From positions 1,184,001 to 1,248,000 of the forward strand of contig CAWGTN010000002.1 of the NCBI GenBank assembly GCA_963825525.1: a DNA stretch of 64,000 bases. The letters run 5' to 3'. A program made the translations under genes and the position numbers. The notes beneath the pieces are model-generated. The model made no database searches, was not told the origin of the DNA, and was given only the letters and a program-made list of their open reading frames with translations. This stretch comes from an uncultured Chloroflexia bacterium. Its GTDB lineage: Bacteria > Chloroflexota > Limnocylindria > QHBO01. Of this stretch, positions 1 to 9,711 are shown in pieces; within the stretch, counting starts at the first letter, position 1; each line of letters opens with the position of its first letter.

Positions 1-247
1 CCAGCTGCTCCGTCACCGAGCGCAGGAACGCGATGACGTCGTGCTGCGACTCCTTCTCGATCTCGCGGGCTCGCTCCGGATCGACCTCCGTCGCCGCGGC
101 ACGGATCCGCTCCCAATCGGCGTCGGGAACAACGCCCGACGCGTTGAGGGCCTCGACGGCCAGGACCTCGATCCGGAGCCAGAGGGCAAGCTTGCGCGCC
201 TCGCCGAAGATCTCCCGCAGTTCGGGCAGGGCGTACCGATCGATCAC
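1..247 (-). CDS. purB: Adenylosuccinate lyase, N-terminal part (runs off the window)
   Basis: Manual translation from GTG at 247: MIDRYALPELREIFGEARKLALWLRIEVLAVEAL...EIEKESQHDVIAFLRSVTEQL, matching the PurB N-terminus (IxRY, HDVxAF). Near purE/purD. Not in the ORF track because the stop lies outside the window. Confidence 0.9.
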   Translation of the reverse strand, partial: MIDRYALPELREIFGEARKLALWLRIEVLAVEALNASGVVPDADWERIRAAATEVDPERAREIEKESQHDVIAFLRSVTEQL

Positions 248-331
248 GTCCGGAGGATACCGATGCGGGCGGCGGCCCGCGCCGATCGCCTACGATCGAT
301 CGTCGAACGTCCCGATTTGAGGAGAGCCGCC

Positions 332-784
332 ATGGCGCACGAGTTCCGGCATCCGGTCAACCGCAGCCTGGTGGCCGGTGCGCCGTTCGGCGCCCGAGTC
401 GCGGATCGCGTGACCGGCTTCATGGGCAGCTGGGCGTTCATCGTGATCCAGACCATCATCGTCATCGGCTGGATCTCCACCAACGTCTACCACCTCCTCA
501 ACGTCGGATTCGACCCGTTCCCCTTCATCCTGCTCAACCTGGCGTTCTCGACGCAGGCCGCGTACGCCGCCCCCCTCATCCTGCTGGCCAGCAACCGCGC
601 GGCCAAACGGGATCGCATGACGCTCGAGCACGCGGCCGACGTGTCGGACATCGAGGAGCAGCAGAACGAGCGGCTGCTCCTCGGCAACCGGGAGATCCTC
701 GAACACGTTGACCGGCTCGAGGAGCAGATCCTCAAGCTCGAGTCCCGGATCGTCGATCTTCTCGAGCGGCCGCCGACGGGCTGA
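332..784 (+). CDS. DUF1003 domain membrane protein
   Basis: GAGGAG SD before ATG 332. Motifs ADRVTGFMGSWAF and FDPFPFILLNLAFSTQAAYAAPLILLASNR are typical of DUF1003. Confidence 0.85.
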   Translation: MAHEFRHPVNRSLVAGAPFGARVADRVTGFMGSWAFIVIQTIIVIGWISTNVYHLLNVGFDPFPFILLNLAFSTQAAYAAPLILLASNRAAKRDRMTLEHAADVSDIEEQQNERLLLGNREILEHVDRLEEQILKLESRIVDLLERPPTG

Positions 785-786
785 CG

Positions 787-1272
787 TCAGGCGCGCGGGT
801 CGATGCGCAGCTCCGCCTTCGCTGCCTGCTCGGTCCGGAACGCGGCGACCCGCTCCGCGATCTCGGCATCGGCCAAGGCCAGGATTCGCGCCGCCAGGTG
901 GGCCGCGTTTTTCGCGCCGGCACTGCCGATCGCAACCGTCGCCACGGGTACGCCGGGTGGCATCTGCACCACTGCGTAGAGCGCATCGGCACCCCCCAGC
1001 GCGCCACCGTCCAGCGGAATGCCGATGACCGGCTTGCCCGTCAGGCTGGCGAGAACGCCGGGAAGGTGCGCGGCGAGTCCGGCCGCGCCGATGAACAGCT
1101 GGACGCCGGCCGCCTCCGCCTCGGCGACGTAGGCATGGAGCGCATCGGCCTGGCGGTGGGCGCTGATGACCGATGCCTCCCAGCTGATCCCGTAGGAATC
1201 GAGCGTATCGAAGCATCCCTTGAGCGTCGAGAGATCGGAGCGGGAGCCGCACACGACGGCGATGGCAGGCAT
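787..1272 (-). CDS. purE: N5-CAIR mutase PurE
   Basis: GSRSDL, SAHR, AGLAAHLPG, PVIGIP and VQMPPGVPVATV motifs. ATG 1272 lies 7 nt after a TATGCT -10. Confidence 0.95.
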   Translation of the reverse strand: MPAIAVVCGSRSDLSTLKGCFDTLDSYGISWEASVISAHRQADALHAYVAEAEAAGVQLFIGAAGLAAHLPGVLASLTGKPVIGIPLDGGALGGADALYAVVQMPPGVPVATVAIGSAGAKNAAHLAARILALADAEIAERVAAFRTEQAAKAELRIDPRA

Positions 1273-1321
1273 GCGGCGAAGCATAGCCCGGCGTCGGTGT
1301 CCCGCGCCGAGGGGCCCGGCG

Positions 1322-2599
1322 TCAGCTGGTGAGCTCCCGCGCGGCGATATCGGTCCGGAACTGTCCGCCCTCCATCTGGGCCCCGGCCAGGCCGTCGTAG
1401 GCCTCCTTCCGGGCCGAGGCGAGGTCGACGCCTCGCCCCACGAATGTCGCCACGCGGCCGCCGGCTGCCTCGTAGCCGCCATCGGATCGGCGCCGGGTGC
1501 CCCCGTGGAAGCAGAGGAGGTTTCCATCGTCGTCGGAGGACGAGGGATCCGCGCCGTCCAGCTGCTGTCCGATGGCAGGATCGGCCGGATAGCCGCCCGA
1601 TGCCAGGACGACGCCGACCGCGGCCCCTCGCCTCTGGCCGAGTGCGCCCTCCATCAGGGTGCGGTCACCCGTCGCGCAGCCGAGGAGCGCGGAGGACAGG
1701 TCCCCGTCCAACATCGGCAACAGCACCTGCGCTTCCGGATCGCCGAACCGGGCATTGAACTCGATGACCACCGGACCCCCATCGGTGAGCATGAGGCCCG
1801 CGTACAGGATGCCGCGGTACGGGAAGCCGTCGCGAGCCATCCGCCATGCGATCGGCTCGAAGACCTCCGCGGCCACCGTCTCGAGCTCTCGCTGGCCGAA
1901 CCACGGGACCGGGCTGTACGCGCCCATGCCGCCGGTGTTCGGCCCGGCATCGTCATCCGCGAGCCGCTTGTAGTCGCATGCGGCGGCGAGCGGCACCACC
2001 GCCTCGTCGCTGATCAGCGCGAAGGCGCTGACCTCCGGGCCGTCGAGTCGCTCCTCGAGCAGCACGCTGGCGCCGGGCGCGACGCTGGCGAACAGGTCGC
2101 GCACGGCAGCCTCGGCCGATTCCAGCGTCTCGGGCACGACCACGCCCTTTCCGGCGGCCAGCCAGTCGGCCTTCACGACGGGTGGTCGCTCGAGCGTTCG
2201 GAGGTGTGCCAGGGCGGCATCGGGGTCGGTGAAGCTGGTGGCGGCGGCGGTGGAAACGCCCGCCCGACGCATCTGGGCCTTGGCGAATGACTTGCTCGAT
2301 TCGAGCCGAGCCGCAGCCCGCGATGGACCGAAGGTCGGAATGCGGGCTGCGTTCAGCTCGTCAGCCAGGCCCGCAGCCAGCGGACCTTCCGGCCCGATGA
2401 CCACAAGGCCGTAGCGCTCACCAACGGCATGACGAGCCACCGCCTCGACCTGCGAGATGTCGACGTTCACGCTCTCGGCGACGGCCGGGGTGCCCCCATT
2501 CCCGGGCGCGATCCGCACGCGACGCACGCCGTCGTCGCGCGACAGCCGCCAGGCCAGCGCGTGCTCGCGGCCGCCCGATCCAATCACCAGCACATCCAT
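1322..2599 (-). CDS. purD: Phosphoribosylamine-glycine ligase
   Basis: VLVIGSGGREHAL, LESSKSFAK, AAGKGV, GPNTGGMGAYSP, EFNARFGDPE. Confidence 0.97.
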   Translation of the reverse strand: MDVLVIGSGGREHALAWRLSRDDGVRRVRIAPGNGGTPAVAESVNVDISQVEAVARHAVGERYGLVVIGPEGPLAAGLADELNAARIPTFGPSRAAARLESSKSFAKAQMRRAGVSTAAATSFTDPDAALAHLRTLERPPVVKADWLAAGKGVVVPETLESAEAAVRDLFASVAPGASVLLEERLDGPEVSAFALISDEAVVPLAAACDYKRLADDDAGPNTGGMGAYSPVPWFGQRELETVAAEVFEPIAWRMARDGFPYRGILYAGLMLTDGGPVVIEFNARFGDPEAQVLLPMLDGDLSSALLGCATGDRTLMEGALGQRRGAAVGVVLASGGYPADPAIGQQLDGADPSSSDDDGNLLCFHGGTRRRSDGGYEAAGGRVATFVGRGVDLASARKEAYDGLAGAQMEGGQFRTDIAARELTS

Positions 2600-2684
2600 G
2601 GATCCCCGAGTCTACGGGTTGCAGTACACGCATCCTCGCCCCTCCGGCCGCCGACCGGGAGCGGGTACGGGTGGCGGCTGCCGC

Positions 2685-5678
2685 TTAAGGGGAGAGAGCC
2701 TCGAGGGCGTCGAGCACGTCGGCCAGGGCGTTGATCCGATCCTGGTACGTGCCAAGGTCGCCGCGGTCGAGGGCCGATTGGGCCTCGCCATACAGCCGCT
2801 GGGCCTCGGCGATGAGGCCGGCGGCGTCCTGCGGCAGCTCGCCCGGCGATCCACCCGGTGACGGCTCCGGCGACGGTGACTCGCCCGGGGAAGGACTCGG
2901 CTCCGGGGTTTCCGGCGGGGGCGGCTCGGCCTCGCCGAGCAGCTGGCGCAGGCCCTCCTCGACCGTCTCGGCGAATGCCACCCGTCGCTGGTCGGCCATG
3001 ATGACCCGCACGAACTCCGGGAACGGCGCGCCGTCGGCCTGGAGGAAGATCGGCTCGACGTAGAGCAGCCCGTCCTCGCCGACCGGCAGGACCAGCAGGT
3101 TGCCGCGCACAACCGTCGATCCGGCGTTCGACCACAGGGTGAACTGCTCACTGATCGCGTCGTCGGCGCCGATGCGGCCCTCGATCTGCCCCGGTCCCTG
3201 CGTCGTGGTGCCGGTCGGGAACTGGTAGGCGATGCGTTCGCCGTAGACGCCCGGATCCATCCGAGCGGCCACCCAGGCGATCATGTTGGCGCGGCCCTCC
3301 GGCACCATGGGCTGGATGAGGACGAATTCGGCCTCGTCCTCGCCGGGGATGCGCATGATCACGTAGTACGGCTCCATCGGCTCACCGCTGCCCTTGACCA
3401 CGTCGACCGGGATCGCCCAGCGGTCGTCCTCGTTGTAGAGCGTCGTGGCGCCGGTGTCGGTGGCCGGCAGGTGGTAGAGACGGAACGCCTCGTTCTGGGC
3501 GACGAACAGGTCCTCGGGGTAGCGCAGGTGAGCCTGGAGGCCATCGGGAATGGCATCCAGCGGCTCGAAGAGGTCCGGGAAAATCCGGGCGTAGGCCGCG
3601 ATGATCGGCTCGGTCGGATCGGTGATGAAGAAGCGGACGGTGCCGTTGTAGGCGTCGACCACGACCTTGACGCTGTTGCGCACGTAGTTTGCGCCGGCGA
3701 AGCGGCTGTCGGCCGGCAGCGGCTGGGCGTTCGGGTAGCGATTCGACACGGTGTAGGCGTCCCACACCCACAGCAGTCGCTCGTCGACGCTCACCAGGTA
3801 GGGGTCGCCGTCGTAGGCGAGAAACGGCGCGATGTCCGGGACCCGTTCCTGGATGGCGCGCTTGAAGAGGACCTGTGAGTCGTCGGTCAGCTGGTTGCTG
3901 ACCATGAGGTTGAAGTCGCCGAATCGAAGGGCGAATAGCGCCTTGACGACGATGTTGTCGATCCCGACGCCCGTCGTGCCGGTCCAGGTCGTGGTCGCGC
4001 CGGCATCGGTCGAGCCATCGGCATCGAGCGGGTAGTCGAACTCATCGGTCGAGGTGCCGGTCACGATGTACGTGTCGGTCTCTTCGCCGAAGTAGATCCG
4101 GGGCTCGCCGATCGGCAGCTGCGGGTCGCGGTTGATGCCGCTGACGAGATAGTCCGGCGTGCCCTGGTCGGTGACCGCGTCGACCGGCACCGCGGTGATG
4201 CCGTACCCGTGGGTGTAGACCAGCTTCTCGTTCGTCCAGCTGCGACTGGCGCCGAACAGGTCGACGTCGAGCTCGCGAGCGCTGAGCATGATCTGTCGCT
4301 GCTCGCCGGCGACCTCGTAGCGATCGATATCGACGTCGCTGAACGTGTAATAGCGACGGAGGATCTGCTGCTGGCCGAAGGTGGTGAGCAGCGGCCGGTA
4401 GTCCCACAGACGCAGGTTGTCGATCGTGGCCGAGTCCTGCTCGAACACGCTCCGGGTCAGCTGCTGCTCGCCGGTGAACCGGCGCTGATCGATGGCGTCG
4501 AGGTCGAAGGCGGCGCGCGTCGCCTCGATGTGGTTGCGCAGGTACGGCCGCTCGACATTCACCTCGTTCGGCGTCACCTGGACGCCCTGCACGAAGCTGG
4601 GATAGAGGCCGCCGACCAGGATCGACAGGACGAACCATGCTCCGCCGGCCAGACCCAGCAGCCAGAGCGTGCGGAAGAAGGTGTTGAGCAGGAGGAGCAC
4701 GGCCGATGCGAGCGCCACCACGGTGAGGATCACGTAGGCAGGCAGCTGGGCGTTCATGTCGGTGTAGGTCGCCGCCTGTACCGACCCGCCCACGCCGCGA
4801 GTCGAATAGGCAAGCTCGGAGATGTCGAGCTGGTAGCCCGCCGCGATGGTAATCAGCAGGAGTGCGCCCAGGACCGACAGGTGGGCACGCACCGGTGCAC
4901 TCAGGTGGAACTGCCAGCGGAGCGCGCGCGCCGCGTAGGTGCCGATGGTGATCAGGAGAATCACGATCAGGGTGGTCGATGCCCAGCCCAGCAGGAAGCG
5001 CCAGAACGGCAGATCGAACACGTAGAAGCCGACGTCACGGCCGAGCGTCGGATCCGTGGTGCCCCACTCCCCGCCGTTGACGAAGAGAAGGACGGTCTCC
5101 CAGCTGCCACTCCAGGCGGCGCCCGAGCCGAGCGCCAGCAGAACGGCCAGGACGGCAAGGCCAAGGCCGATGAGCCGCGACAGGTCCGGCATCTCGATGC
5201 CGCCGAGCTGCCTGACCGGGGCCTGAGGTGCGATCCGGCCGACGAGCCAGACGCTGACCAGGACCGGGATCAGCATGGCCACGAAGCCGATCCCGAACAG
5301 CGCGACCTGTGACCACAGGCGGGTCGTGAGCACGTCGCGCCGGCCGAGGGCGTCGTACCACATGACATCGGTGATCAGGTTGACGATGCCGCCGAGCAGG
5401 CCGAAGACCACGAGCAGCGCGATGATCCCGCCACCGACCAGGATCCATCGCCGCCATGGCAGGTCCGCGCCGGCAACCGGCGGGAAGGTCGGGCCGTTGC
5501 CGCCGCCATTCGTCGGTCCCGAGCGGCGCTGCTTGCGCTCGTCGTCGATCGGCGTGACGTTGCGCTCGGATCGGTCGCGTCGCGCGGAGCGATCGAAGGG
5601 CCGCCCCTCGCTGCGCGCGTCGGCCTCTTCCTGGCGGCGTTGCAGCTCGTCGAGGAGCTTGTCGAACCAAGATGACAT
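2685..5678 (-). CDS. UPF0182 family membrane protein
   Basis: Multiple N-terminal TM helices; NLRLWD, DVDIDRY, LVYTHGYG, NYVRNSVKVVVDAYNG, LRYPEDLF, RGNLLVLP. Start could also be 5690. Confidence 0.93.
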   Translation of the reverse strand: MSSWFDKLLDELQRRQEEADARSEGRPFDRSARRDRSERNVTPIDDERKQRRSGPTNGGGNGPTFPPVAGADLPWRRWILVGGGIIALLVVFGLLGGIVNLITDVMWYDALGRRDVLTTRLWSQVALFGIGFVAMLIPVLVSVWLVGRIAPQAPVRQLGGIEMPDLSRLIGLGLAVLAVLLALGSGAAWSGSWETVLLFVNGGEWGTTDPTLGRDVGFYVFDLPFWRFLLGWASTTLIVILLITIGTYAARALRWQFHLSAPVRAHLSVLGALLLITIAAGYQLDISELAYSTRGVGGSVQAATYTDMNAQLPAYVILTVVALASAVLLLLNTFFRTLWLLGLAGGAWFVLSILVGGLYPSFVQGVQVTPNEVNVERPYLRNHIEATRAAFDLDAIDQRRFTGEQQLTRSVFEQDSATIDNLRLWDYRPLLTTFGQQQILRRYYTFSDVDIDRYEVAGEQRQIMLSARELDVDLFGASRSWTNEKLVYTHGYGITAVPVDAVTDQGTPDYLVSGINRDPQLPIGEPRIYFGEETDTYIVTGTSTDEFDYPLDADGSTDAGATTTWTGTTGVGIDNIVVKALFALRFGDFNLMVSNQLTDDSQVLFKRAIQERVPDIAPFLAYDGDPYLVSVDERLLWVWDAYTVSNRYPNAQPLPADSRFAGANYVRNSVKVVVDAYNGTVRFFITDPTEPIIAAYARIFPDLFEPLDAIPDGLQAHLRYPEDLFVAQNEAFRLYHLPATDTGATTLYNEDDRWAIPVDVVKGSGEPMEPYYVIMRIPGEDEAEFVLIQPMVPEGRANMIAWVAARMDPGVYGERIAYQFPTGTTTQGPGQIEGRIGADDAISEQFTLWSNAGSTVVRGNLLVLPVGEDGLLYVEPIFLQADGAPFPEFVRVIMADQRRVAFAETVEEGLRQLLGEAEPPPPETPEPSPSPGESPSPEPSPGGSPGELPQDAAGLIAEAQRLYGEAQSALDRGDLGTYQDRINALADVLDALEALSP

Positions 5679-5737
5679 GTGGTGAACCATGCTACCGGCT
5701 TGCCCGCTCGACCGTATTCCGGACGGGCCGGCGCACG

Positions 5738-6304
5738 TCAGGGCTGGTTTGGCGCGCGCATGGTCAGGCGGTCGAGCTCATCGCCATCCGCGCCGAGTGC
5801 GACGAGCGAATTCGGGACGAGCCCCGGCAGGTAGATGAGGAAGACGCTCGCGTCTATTTCCGCGGGCTCGAGGGAGATGAGCAGCGCGGACGCCCGCGAC
5901 CCGTCCTCGAGCTCGAGCACGACCGAGGCGACATCCGGACCGACGGTACCTGCGACCTCGAACACCGGGTCACCCTCTCCACTAGTCGACACTGGACCGA
6001 ATGGTCCCTGCTCTCCGCCCTCGCCCGGGATGGGCCCGCACGCCGTGGAGCCGTGTCCGCCACGAAATATCGCCAGGCACAGGCCACCCGCGTCGCGCTG
6101 GACGACCACCGAGAGAATCTCGTCGACCCGGCCGCGAAGGATCTCGACTGCCGGTCCGGTCGGAACGTCGGCCGGACCATCGGTCTCGATTCGCCTGGGT
6201 GTCGTGTCAAGCTCGGCGATCTGGATCCCGACGTCGGGCGCGGGCAGGGCCCCGCATCCCGCAAGCGCGGTCGCCAGGATCAGACCGACCGGCACCCCCC
6301 GCAT
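5738..6304 (-). CDS. Hypothetical lipoprotein
   Basis: Signal peptide with LAGC lipobox; directly downstream of guaA on the same strand. Confidence 0.65.
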   Translation of the reverse strand: MRGVPVGLILATALAGCGALPAPDVGIQIAELDTTPRRIETDGPADVPTGPAVEILRGRVDEILSVVVQRDAGGLCLAIFRGGHGSTACGPIPGEGGEQGPFGPVSTSGEGDPVFEVAGTVGPDVASVVLELEDGSRASALLISLEPAEIDASVFLIYLPGLVPNSLVALGADGDELDRLTMRAPNQP

Positions 6305-6308
6305 CGGC

Positions 6309-8039
6309 TCACTCCCACTCGATGGTGGCGGGAGGCTTGGAGCTGATGTCGTAGACCACGCGGTTCACGCCCGATACCTCGTTGACGATCCGGCTGCTGA
6401 TCTTGGCGAGCACCTCGTACGGCAGCCGCGCCCAGTCGGCGGTCATGCCGTCGTCGCTCGTCACCGCGCGGATGGCGACGACGTTGGCGTAGGTGCGGCC
6501 GTCTCCCATCACGCCGACCGAGCGCACCGGCGTCAGGATGGCGAACGACTGCCACAACGACCGATACAGCCCGGCCCCCTTGATCTCGTCGATGACGATC
6601 CAATCGGCCTCGCGCAGCGTATCGAGCCGTTCTGCGGTCACTTCGCCGATGATTCGGATGGCCAGGCCCGGACCGGGAAACGGCTGGCGCTGGACCATGG
6701 CATCCGGCAGGCCGAGCTCCAGGCCGACCTTGCGCACCTCGTCCTTGAACAGGTAGCGCAATGGCTCGATGAGCTTGAAGCGCAGGTCGGACGGCAGCCC
6801 ACCCACGTTGTGATGGGTCTTGATCTTCTGTGACGTCTTGGTCTCCGACGTCTTCGACTCGATGACGTCCGGGTACAGCGTGCCCTGGGTGAGGAAGTCG
6901 ATCTGCCCGATCTTGGCGGCCTCTTCCTCGAAGACGCGGATGAACTCGTCGCCGATGATCCGACGCTTCTCCTCGGGATCCTCGACTCCGGCGAGCCGGG
7001 CAAGGAAGCGCTCGCGGGCGTCGACCATGACGAGGTTCATCCCCAGATCGCGCTCGAAGGTGACGCGCAGCAGCTCGGACTCGCGCTTGCGCATCAGGCC
7101 GTGATCGACATAGATGCAGGTGAGCTGGTCGCCGATGGCCCGATGCACCAGGGTGGCCGCCACGGCGCTGTCCACGCCGCCGGACAGTGCGCAGATGACG
7201 TGCCCCTCCCCCACCCGCTCGCGGATCTCGGCGACGGTCGTCTCGACGAGGTTCGCGGCGGTCCAGTTGTCACGGACGCCGGCGATGCCGACCACGAAGT
7301 TGCGCAGCACGTCGCGGCCGATCGGCGTATGAACCACCTCGGGGTGGAACTGGATGCCGTACAGGTTGCGGCCCGCATCGGCAAGGCCGGCATACGGGGT
7401 CGAATCGGTCTGGGCCGTGGATGCGAACCCTTCGGGCGGCCGCAGGATCGAGTCGCCATGGCTCATCCAGACCGGCTGCTCGCGCTCGATCCCCGCGAAC
7501 AGGCCCGAGGCATCGGTCACACTCACGGTGGCCGGGCCGTATTCGCGCTTTGTCGACGGGACGACCTCGCCACCGAGCTCGTGGGCCATGAGCTGCAGGC
7601 CGTAGCAGATGCCCAGGACCGGGATCCGTCCCGACCACAGCGCCGGATCGGCCCTCGGCGCGTCCGTGTCGTAGACGGAGGACGGACCGCCGGACAGGAT
7701 GACCGCCTTGACCCCGCGCCGCTCGAGCTCGGCCATCGGCGTGTCATGCGGCAGGAGCTCCGAGTAGACGTTCAGCTCCCGAACCCGACGCGCGATGAGC
7801 TGGGCGAACTGGCTGCCAAAGTCGAGCACGGCCACGGTGTCCGGCTGTTCCGCTGCCTCGGTCTCCACGCGGAGCGGCGGCGGCGCGTGGAGTGCCTGCT
7901 CGAGGTAGGCCTCGACCTCCGCATCGTCGGGGGCGAGGACGCGATGGCCCGCATTGGCAGCTTCGCCGTGGACGGTGCGGCCGCGCTCTCGCGGGACGGG
8001 CTGTTCGGCGTCGATTCTCGGTTCCTTGGACTCTGTCAA
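6309..8039 (-). CDS. guaA: GMP synthase (glutamine-hydrolysing)
   Basis: [46 protein letters not shown] and C-terminal [13 protein letters not shown] start with GGAG SD; start is uncertain. Confidence 0.96.
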   Translation of the reverse strand: MTESKEPRIDAEQPVPRERGRTVHGEAANAGHRVLAPDDAEVEAYLEQALHAPPPLRVETEAAEQPDTVAVLDFGSQFAQLIARRVRELNVYSELLPHDTPMAELERRGVKAVILSGGPSSVYDTDAPRADPALWSGRIPVLGICYGLQLMAHELGGEVVPSTKREYGPATVSVTDASGLFAGIEREQPVWMSHGDSILRPPEGFASTAQTDSTPYAGLADAGRNLYGIQFHPEVVHTPIGRDVLRNFVVGIAGVRDNWTAANLVETTVAEIRERVGEGHVICALSGGVDSAVAATLVHRAIGDQLTCIYVDHGLMRKRESELLRVTFERDLGMNLVMVDARERFLARLAGVEDPEEKRRIIGDEFIRVFEEEAAKIGQIDFLTQGTLYPDVIESKTSETKTSQKIKTHHNVGGLPSDLRFKLIEPLRYLFKDEVRKVGLELGLPDAMVQRQPFPGPGLAIRIIGEVTAERLDTLREADWIVIDEIKGAGLYRSLWQSFAILTPVRSVGVMGDGRTYANVVAIRAVTSDDGMTADWARLPYEVLAKISSRIVNEVSGVNRVVYDISSKPPATIEWE

Positions 8040-8097
8040 TGCCGCTCCGTCGGGCGATGATCAACTGTGAGCCAGAGTCTAATCGTCACCACGCAGG

Positions 8098-8910
8098 TCA
8101 ATCCGCGCCGCCGAGCGCCTTCTCCAGGCCGTCGCCCGTCATGGCGGCGTCGATGTAGGTCGAGGTCCCGGCGCGCTGCAATTCCTCGGCGGCTGCGGCC
8201 AACGCTCCGTAGGCAGCACGGGCCAGGGCACCGCCGGTGGAGACCCGACGGACGCCCATCGCCTCGAGCTCGCGCACGGATGGGGCGTTGCGCACCGCCA
8301 GCACGTTGGCCGGCGCGTCGGTGGCGTCCACCACGCGCCGGATGTCATCGGCGTCGGAAAGACGTGGCGCATAGACGACATCGGCTCCGGCTTCGCGATA
8401 GGCGATGAGCCGCTGAACAGTATCGTCGAGGTCACCGAGGTCGTAGACGTGGTTCTCCGCCCGGGCCGTCAGGATGACGCCATGCCGATGCGCCGCCTCC
8501 GCGGCGGCGGCGACGCGCTCGACGGCGACCTCCAGCGCATCGATCCTGCCGGTCGCCGGGTCGTAGTCCTCGATCGAGCAGCCGGCCGCGCCGCGTGTGG
8601 CCATCTCGGCCACGGTCTCCGCAACGCCCGCCGGATCATCGGCGAAGCAGCGCTGGGCATCCACGTTGAGGGGCAGGTCGACGGCCGACGCCAGGGCCTC
8701 GACGTGATCGAGCATCTCGTCGCGGGTCACCGTCAGATCCAACTTGCCGAGTGCCGCCGCATGTCCGAGGCTCGTGGTTGCCAGTGCCTCGAACCCCATG
8801 CTGGCAAGGATCCGTGCCGACCCGATATCCCAGGCGTTCGGCATGATGAACAGCCCGCGCTCGTGAAGGCGGCGGAACCGATCGCGACGGTCACCGACGG
8901 AGATCGACAT
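8098..8910 (-). CDS. Isocitrate lyase/PEP mutase family protein
   Basis: PNAWDIGSAR, ALATTS, GCSIED, LTARAE, AYREAGADVVYAP, GVRRVSTGG. Confidence 0.9.
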   Translation of the reverse strand: MSISVGDRRDRFRRLHERGLFIMPNAWDIGSARILASMGFEALATTSLGHAAALGKLDLTVTRDEMLDHVEALASAVDLPLNVDAQRCFADDPAGVAETVAEMATRGAAGCSIEDYDPATGRIDALEVAVERVAAAAEAAHRHGVILTARAENHVYDLGDLDDTVQRLIAYREAGADVVYAPRLSDADDIRRVVDATDAPANVLAVRNAPSVRELEAMGVRRVSTGGALARAAYGALAAAAEELQRAGTSTYIDAAMTGDGLEKALGGAD

Positions 8911-8915
8911 CAGGC

Positions 8916-9431
8916 TCAGGATACAGGCCGGGCGAGCTCATCGGCTGCCGCCGCGGCCACCGCCGAACGCTGGATGCCGAGGCGCTCCAGGAGCTGCGCG
9001 ACCGTGCCGTGCTCCATGTCGGCAACGGCGGCAACGACATGCGCTCCCACCAGGGGCCGTCGGGCCGATCGGGCCATGGCCCCCGCGCGTTGAAACGCCT
9101 CCTGGGCCGACGGGCTGGATCGATAGATGCCGGACCCGGTCGGCGGTTCGAGCGGAGGCGCATCGCTGAGCTCCGTGGCGAGGTCAGGTCGCATGCCCGC
9201 GGCCACGAGTGCGGCGGCATGCTGCTCGGTGATCGCGCCCCGGAGGCGGTCGCGTTCCAGCCCAAAGCGGCCCATCACGCGATCGGCCGAACCATCGGGA
9301 AGGTCGAAGGCCGCCAGGAGCAGATGCTCGGCCGCCGGCTGCTCGTCACCCATGGAGCGGCCGATGTTCTCCGCGTTGGTCAGGAGATCCTTGATCGCCC
9401 GCATCTCGCGGAACATCTTCATCGGGTTCAT
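8916..9431 (-). CDS. Clp protease N-terminal (ClpN repeat) domain protein
   Basis: EHLLLA and HVVAAV repeat motifs without an AAA module; GGAGGA SD; ATGA overlap with the upstream HTH gene. Confidence 0.8.
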   Translation of the reverse strand: MNPMKMFREMRAIKDLLTNAENIGRSMGDEQPAAEHLLLAAFDLPDGSADRVMGRFGLERDRLRGAITEQHAAALVAAGMRPDLATELSDAPPLEPPTGSGIYRSSPSAQEAFQRAGAMARSARRPLVGAHVVAAVADMEHGTVAQLLERLGIQRSAVAAAAADELARPVS

Positions 9432-9652
9432 CTGTCCTCCTTGGTTGCTGCATGACCGCGAAGTCGGTGGGCGTGCCGCTTGTGGGCTGCCTGGCGCGTG
9501 ACCCCCAACCCCTGTGCCATCTGCTGCCAGGTCCAACCGCGCGCCAGCGCCTCGTCGACCGCCTCCCGCTCCATGCGGTCGGCGAGGCGACGCAGCGCGA
9601 TTACCGCCGCGAAGGCGGTTGCGGGGTCGCCGGTCTGCAGGTCATCGGCCAT
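9428..9652 (-). CDS. Small helix-turn-helix DNA-binding protein
   Basis: ALARGWTWQQMAQGLGVTRQAAHKRH HTH; typical partner of standalone ClpN genes. Confidence 0.85.
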   Translation of the reverse strand: MADDLQTGDPATAFAAVIALRRLADRMEREAVDEALARGWTWQQMAQGLGVTRQAAHKRHAHRLRGHAATKEDR

Positions 9653-9659
9653 CGGCCCG

Positions 9660-9700
9660 AGGTTAGTGCGCTGCTGTCCTGGTGTCAACTGTAGTTGACA
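9660..9700 (-). promoter_or_regulatory. Sigma70-type promoter (TTGACA-17-TAACCT) with palindromic operator TGTCAACT-GT-AGTTGACA
   Basis: Perfect 8-bp inverted repeat at 9683-9700 overlapping the -35; the -10 lies 7 nt before ATG 9652. Confidence 0.75.
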
Positions 9701-9711
9701 GCACTCTGACG

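Noticed and set aside
2600-2690. Purine, ZTP or PRPP riboswitches ahead of purD, purE, purB or purA
   Set aside because: Intergenic gaps are too short, most of these genes look leaderless, and no consensus match was seen.
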